Below are positions 36,970-46,096 of a DNA stretch of 64,000 nt, piece by piece. Numbering within the stretch: the first letter of the stretch is position 1; each line of letters begins with the position of its first letter. The notes below the pieces were generated by a model. It had not been told where the DNA came from. It worked only from the letters and a program-made list of their open reading frames with translations, and searched no databases. Source of the stretch: an archaeon UBA583 (GTDB lineage: Archaea; Nanobdellota; Nanobdellia; Woesearchaeales; UBA583); contig DAXK01000025.1 in assembly GCA_002506365.1 (NCBI GenBank), positions 34,692 to 98,691 on the forward strand, written 5' to 3'. Position numbers and translations under genes: made by a program.

Positions 36970-36993
36970 TTTGTGACTTTTAAAAGTCACAAA
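36970..36993. promoter_or_regulatory. Perfect 24-bp palindrome between the surface giant and the Tat-protein gene, abutting the latter's TATA box
   Basis: TTTGTGACTTTT|AAAAGTCACAAA read directly. TTTATATA follows on the minus strand. Confidence 0.7.
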
Positions 36994-37005
36994 AGAATAA
37001 AATAA

Positions 37006-40000
37006 CTAATTATTTTTCCTTAAATAAAAACTAATTGAACCTTTATTTTTACTAACTCCATTATCAAAAATATCATAATCCAAAGTTAATTTTGGTGTTT
37101 GAGAACTTCCAAAAAAATAATCCCAACCAGAACCAGTTGTTGAAACTAAATTATTATCTTCTAAAATATCAAAAATTAAACCTAACTCATCATTATTAAT
37201 AAAATTCTCAAATTTTTTTGAATCCACTGAAATTAAACCTTTATCTCCAAAATCCAATCTATCCACACTCAATCTAAACTCTCCACTCATCTTATCAGAA
37301 CGATAATTCCCTCCAAAAATAAATTCTAATTTTAAATCTAATGAACTTGAATCTAAATCAACAGGATAATTATCATTATTATCTAAACTTGTAATATCAA
37401 AATAATATTTATTAGCAACATTTGATTCCTTACTTAAAGTAAAACTTATTTTTTCTTCACGAGTATTAACTGGAACATTTGAAATAATATTCCCTTCCTC
37501 ATCAGTTCCCGCATTCGGATTATAATTTTTAAAAGTTTCAACTGAAGAAATTAAATCTACATTTGAATACTCAATCATCTTTAAATTCACATTACAAGAA
37601 CCTGGACTCACACTAGCACTCTTAAAACTAATTTGTTTTCCACTTCTAGATTCTAAACCTCCAATATATGATCCATTTTGAGGAATTAATTCAACTTTAA
37701 AATCTATATTACTTAATTCACCACCATAACTAATTTGTAATTTATTAGTCATATTTGCTTTAAATACAATATATTTATCTTCATCCGAACCATGAACCTC
37801 TTTAGGTTCAGATGTCTCATCAACTCCATCAATAACAATACTAGTTGGAGTAAAAGTTACAACTTTATCCTTATCTGTTGAAGTAATTTTAACAAAATAA
37901 GCTCCTTCACCAGTATGAGTTGCAACTAAACCAGAACTATCGCCAACTAAAGGTAACTCTTCAAATAATTGATTAACAACAAATCCTTTACCTAATTTAT
38001 CATTTTCAATTCTAATAAAACCAATTTCATTTTTCTTAGTTTTTTCAGCATGTAAATAATATTCATTATCTTTTCCTTCATTACAAACTCCATAATAAAC
38101 AATTGCAGCATCATCAGTATATAAATTTAAATCAGGTGATGTGAATTTAATTTTCCCTGAAACTGATTCTCCTGAATAAAATGGTTTAGGAGTAATTGAA
38201 GACTCAGAACTTCTTGGAACAATTCTTGACTTACTAGTATCAATTGTAAATAAATTACTTTCACTTGAATCTCCAAAAATTGAATCACACTTAAACCCAG
38301 CACCAGCACCTAATAACCCAGCTGAAAAAGAACACTGAGCAAATAAAGTTTCAGCCTTATGAGCAATTGGAAACTCTTGAACCTTAGTTTGTTTTGTTCC
38401 CTTCATATCATAACTATGTGTAATTCTTAACTTATTATACCAAACTCTAGCAGGAGCTTCAGTAATAATTTGAGACTCTTGTTTACTTCCACCATCTCTA
38501 ACAATTAAAGTTTTAGACTTAAAACTACCAGCATTAACTTCAGAACTTACAATAACTCCCTCATCTGGACAAAATTCAGAATTATCATATCCCTTATCAC
38601 AAATTAATTCAATCTTTGAAGTAATTGCTTGACCACCAGATAACGCTCCATAAGTAAATAAATATCTAATTGATAACTGACCTGTAACTGGGTCATAACC
38701 TTGTAATCTGGATTCAGGAAATGGAGGTCCAAAAGTTGGTTCAACTTCATTAGCTTCAATTGAACTTAAAATATTTTCAGTTAAAGCAGACCAATCCCCA
38801 GTAATTGCTCCTAAACAAGCTTTATTAATAATACTATCAGAACTTAAACCACTTTGAGATAAAATTGAACCATCATAACGACTTTCAAACTTTTCCTTAT
38901 TTTTATTCATTTGACCAAAAAAATCAAAAGTAGGTTTTCTCTCACCAGAACCTTCAGCCCCAGACTGTGAGTTATAAGATTGTTGTAATTCAGGTAAAAT
39001 AACATTTGTTGCAACATCACAAACCGCTTGCCCAAATAATCTTTGACAATAACTACCCTTAACTGTTCCAATCTTTGCTTGTTCCAAACAATCATAAATT
39101 CCTTGTTGAATTTTTAATAAATTTTTAGAATGTGAATAAGTATCAACAATTGCTCCACATCTAATAGATGATAAAATACTAACTGATGAAGACTTACCAG
39201 AAACTCCTGACTCTTGTGACCATTCACCATCTCCCTCTTCAACTGTATCAGCACCAAAAAAATTACATTTAGTATCATCAAAATTTGGAGCTCCAGCACT
39301 ATAACAAACTTGTCCCTTAAAAGCTCCAAAATTAACTGAATCAGTTTCTTTATCATAAGGCAAACACTGTTTATCAAAATCTAATTCTGCTTCAACAGTA
39401 TGTGAAAATCCACTTGAACTTTCATCAGAATATTTTTTTCCACTACCTGAAACCCACTTTCCACCAGTCACTGTATCAGTATTACAATCACCACCAACAT
39501 TTGGTTCAAATTTACCTACAACTTTATCTCCTTGAGTATAACTTACCCCATGAGAATATTCATCTTTACTCATAAATTGATCTTGCGCCCCATCACACTT
39601 ATATGGTGCAGGTAATCCAGCAATTCTATCACAAGCCATATATAACTCTCTATCAGCTTTATTATATTCAGCCTCCTTATCATCTGAATCTGATACTTCA
39701 ATTGATGCTCTATCCCAAGCATTTTGAAACTTAGCATAAGTACAATAAACAACTCCACCTAATGATGCCCATTTCATACCTTCAGTAAATTGTTCAGTAA
39801 CCTTAATTGTTTTATTCAAAAACGCTTGAGCTTTTTCAATTTTTTCAACAGACAACCAATCTTGAGTATTCTCAACAACAACTTTTGTTTGAAAATAAAC
39901 TGGATTAACTGTATCAATTGGAACATCAATTTCTTCTAACCCATAAACAATACTTAAACCAAATCCAATTTCAATTTCATCAAACCAATCTCTCTCATCT

Positions 40001-42018
40001 CTCTCCTCTTGAGTATCAATTTTTTTAACAGATACAGGAACAAAAACAGTTAATAAATTACTATCTTTCTCATAAGCATAATTTACTCTACTTGATTCAA
40101 CATTTACATACTTTGTATCTGGATAAGCTTTTGTATCTTTAATTACTCTAACTGAAGTAATATCTTTAACTTGACTTGAACCTAAATATTGAAATTGTGC
40201 AATAATTCCAACCTCAACATTCCCACTCCCAGTTCTTTGTCCTTCTTCTAATTGTAATAACTCAGCTTCATAAACAGTTGAAGGTGTAACTGTAATTTCA
40301 ACATCATCCCACAAAGTATTTCCAGCATCAAAAGTTACTGAAAAATCCTCAATTTTTTCATTTCCAAACTTATCAACTAAAACCATACAAATAGTATTTT
40401 TAGTTTTAACACTAGATACTTTTGTAGAATTTAAATCACTAAACTCTAAATTTTTTTCTTGTAAAGAAATTAAAGTTTCAAAATTTCCATCTGAATCAGA
40501 TTTTAATTCATTCTTTTGAGAAATTAAACTAAGTAAACTTAATTGACCATCAGGAATATTAGGAATTGGTTCTGAATTTCCATCATCTTCAGCGTTATTT
40601 AAATTTCTAAAAAATACATTTTCATAACTATTACAAGTAACTTTATCTCCATCTTCATTAGTTGTATCCTCAGAAATTGTAAAAATCACCATATTAACAT
40701 TTGGTTTATTTGTTTTTCCTTCAACATTTTGTAAAAAGAAATGAACATTTTTTTCTTCAAAAACGGCATCTGGTTTTAAACTATCTTCAACAATTCCAGG
40801 TTTCTCATTATCATAATTAATTTGATGAGCTTTATGAGCTAAATTTCCTGCTGCATCAACAACTTTTAAATCTAAACTATTTTTTCCATCCTTTAAATTT
40901 AATTCTAACTCAATATTCCCACCAATAATTTCTGAAGTCTCAGTTTTATTATTAAAAGTATAATTTAACTCAATCCCATCAGCTGAAATATTTAAAACAA
41001 TAGAATTTGAATTTGTATCAATATTTTCCCCATCTAAAAATGCTTTCTTTTTTCCATCAGTATTTGACTTAAAATAAATTTTAGAAATATCAATTACTGG
41101 TTTTTCCTTATCAACTAAAACAGAACTAAAAACTTGCCCAGTAAAAATATTTTTATTAACTAAATCTGTTGAAATAATTCTAACTGAATTTAAACCTTCC
41201 GCTAAATTTGTAATTGTAAAATTAAATCTATTAGCATCTAAAGTAACTTCTTTTAAAGCTCCTAAATTTGCTAAATCACCATCAAGATTTAAAACATAAT
41301 ACAATGGATATTGTGAATCTGAAACTGATCCAGAAATAGTTACTCTTTTTTCATTTGTAATATTATCAAAACTATCAACTAAAATATTATTTGGAAATTT
41401 ATTATAATCAACATTAAACTCCTCACTATAAGTTTCAAAAGAATTATCTAAAGAAGTAACTTGAAATCTAAAAACATTTTCTCCATTTTCCAAATAATTT
41501 TGATAAACATTTACAAAAGTTTTCTCAACAACTGAATCTTCAATAATTATTTGCTTTAAAGCGCCAGTTTCCTCATTTCTATAATCAAAATTTGAAACAG
41601 AATCAAAATATTGTTGACTTGAACTTGTTCCAGGATTTAATCTTTTAAACATCACACCAGAAATATTAATTGAAAAAACATTTGTTGGATGAACATTTCT
41701 AAAAACTACATTAGAATTTACAGGAATAAATTCATCCTTAATTTCAGAATCTAATTCAATAACAACTGGTTCTGAAAAAACATCAATTGCATCAATATAA
41801 TTCTCATTAGAATATAAACTAACTCGAACTCCTTGCGATGCTGAAAATGTAACATCAACTTCTCCACTTTCATAGTTGGATTCACTAAACTCAAAATTTG
41901 GAAATGCGAAAATAAAATTCCCAAAACTAAAAAATAAAACAATCAAACTAATTTGCTTTAAATAATTTGTATAATTCATACCAAACATCCTAAAAATCAC
42001 TTTATTATAGTTTCGCAT
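37006..42018 (-). CDS. Giant 1670-aa secreted or N-terminally anchored surface protein with Ig-like modules and a Cys-rich core
   Basis: N-terminal hydrophobic ISLIVLFFSFGNFIFA. Ig-like boundaries VDKEKPVIDIS and YDNEKPGIVED. About 20 Cys are concentrated between residues ~745 and ~1400. No C-terminal TM helix. Confidence 0.8.
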   Translation of the reverse strand: MRNYNKVIFRMFGMNYTNYLKQISLIVLFFSFGNFIFAFPNFEFSESNYESGEVDVTFSASQGVRVSLYSNENYIDAIDVFSEPVVIELDSEIKDEFIPVNSNVVFRNVHPTNVFSINISGVMFKRLNPGTSSSQQYFDSVSNFDYRNEETGALKQIIIEDSVVEKTFVNVYQNYLENGENVFRFQVTSLDNSFETYSEEFNVDYNKFPNNILVDSFDNITNEKRVTISGSVSDSQYPLYYVLNLDGDLANLGALKEVTLDANRFNFTITNLAEGLNSVRIISTDLVNKNIFTGQVFSSVLVDKEKPVIDISKIYFKSNTDGKKKAFLDGENIDTNSNSIVLNISADGIELNYTFNNKTETSEIIGGNIELELNLKDGKNSLDLKVVDAAGNLAHKAHQINYDNEKPGIVEDSLKPDAVFEEKNVHFFLQNVEGKTNKPNVNMVIFTISEDTTNEDGDKVTCNSYENVFFRNLNNAEDDGNSEPIPNIPDGQLSLLSLISQKNELKSDSDGNFETLISLQEKNLEFSDLNSTKVSSVKTKNTICMVLVDKFGNEKIEDFSVTFDAGNTLWDDVEITVTPSTVYEAELLQLEEGQRTGSGNVEVGIIAQFQYLGSSQVKDITSVRVIKDTKAYPDTKYVNVESSRVNYAYEKDSNLLTVFVPVSVKKIDTQEERDERDWFDEIEIGFGLSIVYGLEEIDVPIDTVNPVYFQTKVVVENTQDWLSVEKIEKAQAFLNKTIKVTEQFTEGMKWASLGGVVYCTYAKFQNAWDRASIEVSDSDDKEAEYNKADRELYMACDRIAGLPAPYKCDGAQDQFMSKDEYSHGVSYTQGDKVVGKFEPNVGGDCNTDTVTGGKWVSGSGKKYSDESSSGFSHTVEAELDFDKQCLPYDKETDSVNFGAFKGQVCYSAGAPNFDDTKCNFFGADTVEEGDGEWSQESGVSGKSSSVSILSSIRCGAIVDTYSHSKNLLKIQQGIYDCLEQAKIGTVKGSYCQRLFGQAVCDVATNVILPELQQSYNSQSGAEGSGERKPTFDFFGQMNKNKEKFESRYDGSILSQSGLSSDSIINKACLGAITGDWSALTENILSSIEANEVEPTFGPPFPESRLQGYDPVTGQLSIRYLFTYGALSGGQAITSKIELICDKGYDNSEFCPDEGVIVSSEVNAGSFKSKTLIVRDGGSKQESQIITEAPARVWYNKLRITHSYDMKGTKQTKVQEFPIAHKAETLFAQCSFSAGLLGAGAGFKCDSIFGDSSESNLFTIDTSKSRIVPRSSESSITPKPFYSGESVSGKIKFTSPDLNLYTDDAAIVYYGVCNEGKDNEYYLHAEKTKKNEIGFIRIENDKLGKGFVVNQLFEELPLVGDSSGLVATHTGEGAYFVKITSTDKDKVVTFTPTSIVIDGVDETSEPKEVHGSDEDKYIVFKANMTNKLQISYGGELSNIDFKVELIPQNGSYIGGLESRSGKQISFKSASVSPGSCNVNLKMIEYSNVDLISSVETFKNYNPNAGTDEEGNIISNVPVNTREEKISFTLSKESNVANKYYFDITSLDNNDNYPVDLDSSSLDLKLEFIFGGNYRSDKMSGEFRLSVDRLDFGDKGLISVDSKKFENFINNDELGLIFDILEDNNLVSTTGSGWDYFFGSSQTPKLTLDYDIFDNGVSKNKGSISFYLRKNN

Positions 42019-42228
42019 AACTTTGAAGTAGAAATTTCAAAAAAAATAAAGAAAATAGAAAAATGTAAATTAAAAAACAATTAAAACTAAGAAAATAAAT
42101 AATCAAATTAATTAAAAATAAAGAAAATAAAAATAAAAAATAAAGAAAAAAATATATATTAAATTAAAAATTAAAATTTATATAAAAATAGACATAAGTT
42201 TATATAATTCTAAAAACAATATTTTATT

Positions 42229-42738
42229 ATGAGTGATAATACAACCAAAAACAAACAAACAAATTCAACCAAAAATGTATATTTTTCAAACATTCCAAGA
42301 AGAAAAATATATGAAGAAATGATGAATTTTGAAGAAGGTTTAATGGAATTAGATATTTTACAATATAATCAAATTAATTTTGATAAATTTAAAGATAAAT
42401 ATAATAAAGATACTCTACATTCTATGAAACAATCATATCACAATGTAAAATCTTTAATGATTATGTTTTTAGAAAATAGAAAATACGCTAAAGAACAAGA
42501 ATACTTACAAGATTTAAAATTATTAAATTCTGATCAAAAAACAACAAATAAATGTTTAAGATTAAATAAAAATTTAACTTTAAAAAATAAATATTTTTTA
42601 TTAAAATTAGATTACATATTTAGAAAACACAATCATTTGGAAAATTTAAATCAAGCTCAAAAAGTGTATAAAGATTTCATTAAATTTAATGATTTAATGC
42701 CTACATTTTTAGAATTAAGAAGAGATAATATGAAATAA
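42229..42738 (+). CDS. Hypothetical basic K/N-rich protein
   Basis: ORF track only. No motif recognised. Confidence 0.4.
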   Translation: MSDNTTKNKQTNSTKNVYFSNIPRRKIYEEMMNFEEGLMELDILQYNQINFDKFKDKYNKDTLHSMKQSYHNVKSLMIMFLENRKYAKEQEYLQDLKLLNSDQKTTNKCLRLNKNLTLKNKYFLLKLDYIFRKHNHLENLNQAQKVYKDFIKFNDLMPTFLELRRDNMK

Positions 42739-42821
42739 ATAATCATAAATGAATTTATCCATTTTAATCCATATAAACAATTGGATTTAAAATGAAAAAC
42801 AATACAAAAATAAAATAAAAA

Positions 42822-43025
42822 ATGACAGAAATATACTTAGAAAAAGAAAATAAAACAATTACAAAAGAACTAGAAAAACCAATGGAATTAAAAAAATTAT
42901 TAAAAGAATTAAATATTTCCATTGAATCAATTATTCTTGTAAAAAATGATGAAATTACACTTGAAGATGAAGATGTAAATAATGAAGACAAAATAAAAAT
43001 TTTATCCGTGGTTTCAGGAGGTTAA
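42822..43025 (+). CDS. ThiS/MoaD-type ubiquitin-like small modifier (SAMP-like) ending in Gly-Gly
   Basis: 67 aa. The C-terminus KIKILSVVSGG-stop matches the beta-grasp pattern with a diglycine tail. Confidence 0.7.
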   Translation: MTEIYLEKENKTITKELEKPMELKKLLKELNISIESIILVKNDEITLEDEDVNNEDKIKILSVVSGG

Positions 43026-43292
43026 ATAAAATAAATTTTTTAATAATATAATAAACTATCCTCAAAAATAGTTATCAAAAATTAATTCTTTTAAACACCT
43101 GATTTTAACAAAAAAATTGAAAAAATAAATAAAAATAAGTAAAAAAAAATATTTTTTTCAAAAAAAATAAAAAATTAAATCTAAATTAAAAAATAAAAAA
43201 TAAAATATTTTATAAAAGTTCAAAAAGAAACCATTTTTTATAACTAATAAATTAAAATATTATATTATATACACAATTCATTAAATTGTATT

Positions 43293-44252
43293 ATGGGACT
43301 TTTTTCAAAAAGTAAAGAATCACAAGATTTGAAACAAACACAAGAAATAAAAGATGTAAGCACAGAACCATCTTTAGATTCAAATCAACCTAATTTAGAA
43401 AATACTCAATTACCAGAGTTAAATTTAGAAGGGCAAATGCCAAATCCAAACCAAACACAACAAACTAATTTTAATAATCCATTTGCGACTAGACAAACTA
43501 GTCAAACTCAACCAGAATTAAATTTAAATAATCAAATGCCCAATATGACAACACAAAATAATAATGATAATAATACTCAACCAGAATCAACCCAAACTCA
43601 AAATTTAGAGCAAAATCCAATGCCAACAAATCCACCAATTGGAGATTTAATTAATTCAAATAATAATAATAATAATAATACTCAACAAAATCAATCTCAA
43701 CCAGAATTAAATTTAAATAACCAAATGCCAGATATGACAACACAAACCCAACAACAAAATCAACCATCACAAACAAATTCAATATTTAATACTGACAAAT
43801 CAAAACTTCCATCAGATATTTCAGCAAATTCAACACAACAAAATCCAGCCCAACCAAATTCATTACAAATCGAACAACAAAAACAAGAATATACAAAAGA
43901 TCAAATTCAAGAATTAGTTGATGAAACAGTTGAACAAGTAATTGAAGAAAGATGGCAACAACTAGTTCAAAAAATCGAAAAAGTAGCTCAATGGAAAGAT
44001 AAACAAGAACAACACATCAATTTAATTAAAGATGATATCTTAACAATGAAAGAAAGTTTTGACAAACTAGAAAAAAGAATTGTTGATAAAGTATCTAGTT
44101 ACGATAGAAATATTTTAGATGTTAATTCAGAAATTAAAGCTCTTGAAAAAGTATTTCAAAAAATTACTCCAACACTTGTAAACAATGTAAATGAATTATC
44201 AAATATTGCAAAAACATTCAAACCAGATTCCAAAACTGACAATATTGAATAA
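43293..44252 (+). CDS. Q/N/P-rich low-complexity N-terminal half plus a C-terminal coiled coil, hypothetical
   Basis: Three copies of QPELNL(N/E)(N/G)QMP(N/D)MTTQ-like repeats, and a poly-N run. C-terminal about 130 aa of heptad-like sequence. Confidence 0.6.
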   Translation: MGLFSKSKESQDLKQTQEIKDVSTEPSLDSNQPNLENTQLPELNLEGQMPNPNQTQQTNFNNPFATRQTSQTQPELNLNNQMPNMTTQNNNDNNTQPESTQTQNLEQNPMPTNPPIGDLINSNNNNNNNTQQNQSQPELNLNNQMPDMTTQTQQQNQPSQTNSIFNTDKSKLPSDISANSTQQNPAQPNSLQIEQQKQEYTKDQIQELVDETVEQVIEERWQQLVQKIEKVAQWKDKQEQHINLIKDDILTMKESFDKLEKRIVDKVSSYDRNILDVNSEIKALEKVFQKITPTLVNNVNELSNIAKTFKPDSKTDNIE

Positions 44253-44295
44253 ACCCCAGTTAATATATAAATTCAAAAAATAAATATTTGAAAAA

Positions 44296-44982
44296 TTATT
44301 TTGAAAAAAAATTAAAAGATCTAGAAGGATTTTTAATAACTAATCCTGAATTATCAATAATAAAATTAACCATTTTAGATTCAGGCTTAAACTTATGTTT
44401 CTTTAACCTTGCAAACTTATCTTCATCATCTTTTCCAAGTTCTAAAATAGTTTTACTCCAATACTCCATAACATTACCACCAGTCATTTTCATCTCCTTT
44501 GTATCAAAATCAACATAACAATGATTTGTAACAATTACAGGAATATTAAAAGCCCTCGCAATCTCAGTCAATAATCTTAATTGCTCCCCCAAATCAGAAT
44601 TAATCTTTTTAGGAGAATCTCCAAGTTTCAAACGATAAAGCATAACCAAAGAATCAACAATAACTAATCCAATACTTTTAGCATTTCTAATTTGCCGATT
44701 TAAACTCTCAATTACTTTTTGTTGGTCCTCAAAAGTTTTAGGACTAATTACAATAATATTATTTAAATTAATTTCAGGATTAATTTGTTTTAATCTCTCA
44801 GCAGAAAACCCACCTTCAGTATCAACATAAATTATCTTTTTACCAGTTTTCAAATATGCACTAACATACTCAAAACACAAAGTTGATTTTCCTGTCCCAG
44901 GAGCACCATAAATTGAAGTAATAGTATTTGTTTGTAATGGTCCAACTAATTCATCAATAAATTTTTCAAGTTTAACTTCCAT
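44296..44982 (-). CDS. radB: RadB (archaeal Rad51/RadA paralog)
   Basis: YGAPGTGKST Walker A, YVDTEGGFSAERLKQI, VIVDSL Walker B, and a C-terminus LKKHKFKPESKMVNFIIDNSGL like the RadB tail. Confidence 0.85.
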   Translation of the reverse strand: MEVKLEKFIDELVGPLQTNTITSIYGAPGTGKSTLCFEYVSAYLKTGKKIIYVDTEGGFSAERLKQINPEINLNNIIVISPKTFEDQQKVIESLNRQIRNAKSIGLVIVDSLVMLYRLKLGDSPKKINSDLGEQLRLLTEIARAFNIPVIVTNHCYVDFDTKEMKMTGGNVMEYWSKTILELGKDDEDKFARLKKHKFKPESKMVNFIIDNSGLVIKNPSRSFNFFSK

Positions 44983-44998
44983 ATTTTTAATTTTTAAC

Positions 44999-45352
44999 TT
45001 ATAATAATTCTAAAACACTCTCTGGAGGTCTTCCAATCTTTGCTTTATCTCCAACAATTACAATCGGCCTTTCAATAACTCTTGGATACTTAACCATTAA
45101 CTTAATTGCATCATCATCCTCAAGTTTACCAAATTCACCAATATAATCTTTAACTTCCTGTTCATTTTTACGTAATAATTCAACAGCAGAAATATTTAAT
45201 TTTACTAAAATTTCTTTAATCTCATTTGAAGTTAATTTATCTTCCAAATATAATCTAACAACTGGTTCATGTTTCCACTCTTTTAACAATTCTAAAGTTT
45301 GTCTTGATTTTGAACATCTAGGATTATGTATAATTGTAATTTCTTCACTCAT
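44999..45352 (-). CDS. ArsC/Spx/YffB-family thioredoxin-fold protein
   Basis: IIHNPRCSKSRQTLELL N-terminal Cys motif and VIERPIV near the C-terminus. Confidence 0.75.
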   Translation of the reverse strand: MSEEITIIHNPRCSKSRQTLELLKEWKHEPVVRLYLEDKLTSNEIKEILVKLNISAVELLRKNEQEVKDYIGEFGKLEDDDAIKLMVKYPRVIERPIVIVGDKAKIGRPPESVLELL

Positions 45353-45457
45353 AAATATACTAATATTTTCAGATATATAAACTTAAAGTATAATTTAAAA
45401 AAATAACTTAATGATTAAAATAAAAATATATAACATTTAAAATTATAAAAATATAAT

Positions 45458-46000
45458 ATGAAACAAAAAATAATACTATACATTGCAATGTCTATCGACG
45501 GATTTATAGCAACACCAGACCTCTCAGTTAATTGGTTAGATAAATATAATAACTCTGGAGACGATTTTGGATATAATCAATTTATAAAAAATATTGATAC
45601 TCAAATATTAGGAGAAACAACATATAATCAATTTAAAGAAGTCTATAATAATGAAAACAAATTAAATACAATCGTGTTTTCAAAAAATAAAACATCAACA
45701 GACAATAATAATAACAATAACAATAATAAACTAAAATTTGTAAATCAAACCCCAACCCAACTAATTAACTCACTAGATAAAAACACTCATAAAAATATTT
45801 GGATTGTTGGTGGAGCAAATATAACAAATCAATTTTTAAAAGAAAATTTAATTGATGAAATCATATTATCAATAATGCCTGAAATTTTAGGAAGTGGAAT
45901 TAGACTATTTTCAAATGATAATAATATTTCAAATATTTTCAAATTAAAAAATATAAATAAATTTAAAAAAAATGTAATTCAATTACACTACACCAAATAA
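45458..46000 (+). CDS. RibD C-terminal / dihydrofolate-reductase-like domain protein with a poly-Asn insert
   Basis: ILYIAMSIDGFIATPD, IWIVGGANI and DEIILSIMPEILGSGIRLF. There is an inserted N-run. Confidence 0.7.
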   Translation: MKQKIILYIAMSIDGFIATPDLSVNWLDKYNNSGDDFGYNQFIKNIDTQILGETTYNQFKEVYNNENKLNTIVFSKNKTSTDNNNNNNNNKLKFVNQTPTQLINSLDKNTHKNIWIVGGANITNQFLKENLIDEIILSIMPEILGSGIRLFSNDNNISNIFKLKNINKFKKNVIQLHYTK

Positions 46001-46096
46001 ATTTAAAAAAATCATATACATATACATTTAAAATTAACAAACATAGTTTCAAATTTAAATCATAAAATTATAAACAAATAAAAACAAGTAATTCCA

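Noticed and set aside
38127-41942. Five 60-87 aa minus-strand ORFs inside the 1670-aa gene
   Set aside because: They lie in alternative frames of a continuous 5-kb ORF. They are compositionally biased and lack start context.
13878-42018. Integrated mobile elements next to the three tRNA genes
   Set aside because: I found no integrase, transposase, direct repeat of a tRNA 3' end, or terminal inverted repeats beyond the weak 18-nt motif reported separately. An acquired origin of the neighbouring accessory genes remains only an inference.
42764-42991. 75-aa minus-strand ORF
   Set aside because: It is antisense to the SAMP-like gene, whose Gly-Gly terminus and beta-grasp pattern are more convincing. 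The antisense product is S/F/I-rich low complexity.
43650-43690. (AAT)n microsatellite; a similar run lies at about 45700-45730
   Set aside because: These runs are in frame and encode poly-Asn tracts inside ORFs. Such tracts are common in AT-rich genomes, so I do not treat them as separate features.
44288-44518. 76-aa plus-strand ORF
   Set aside because: It is antisense to the C-terminal part of radB.
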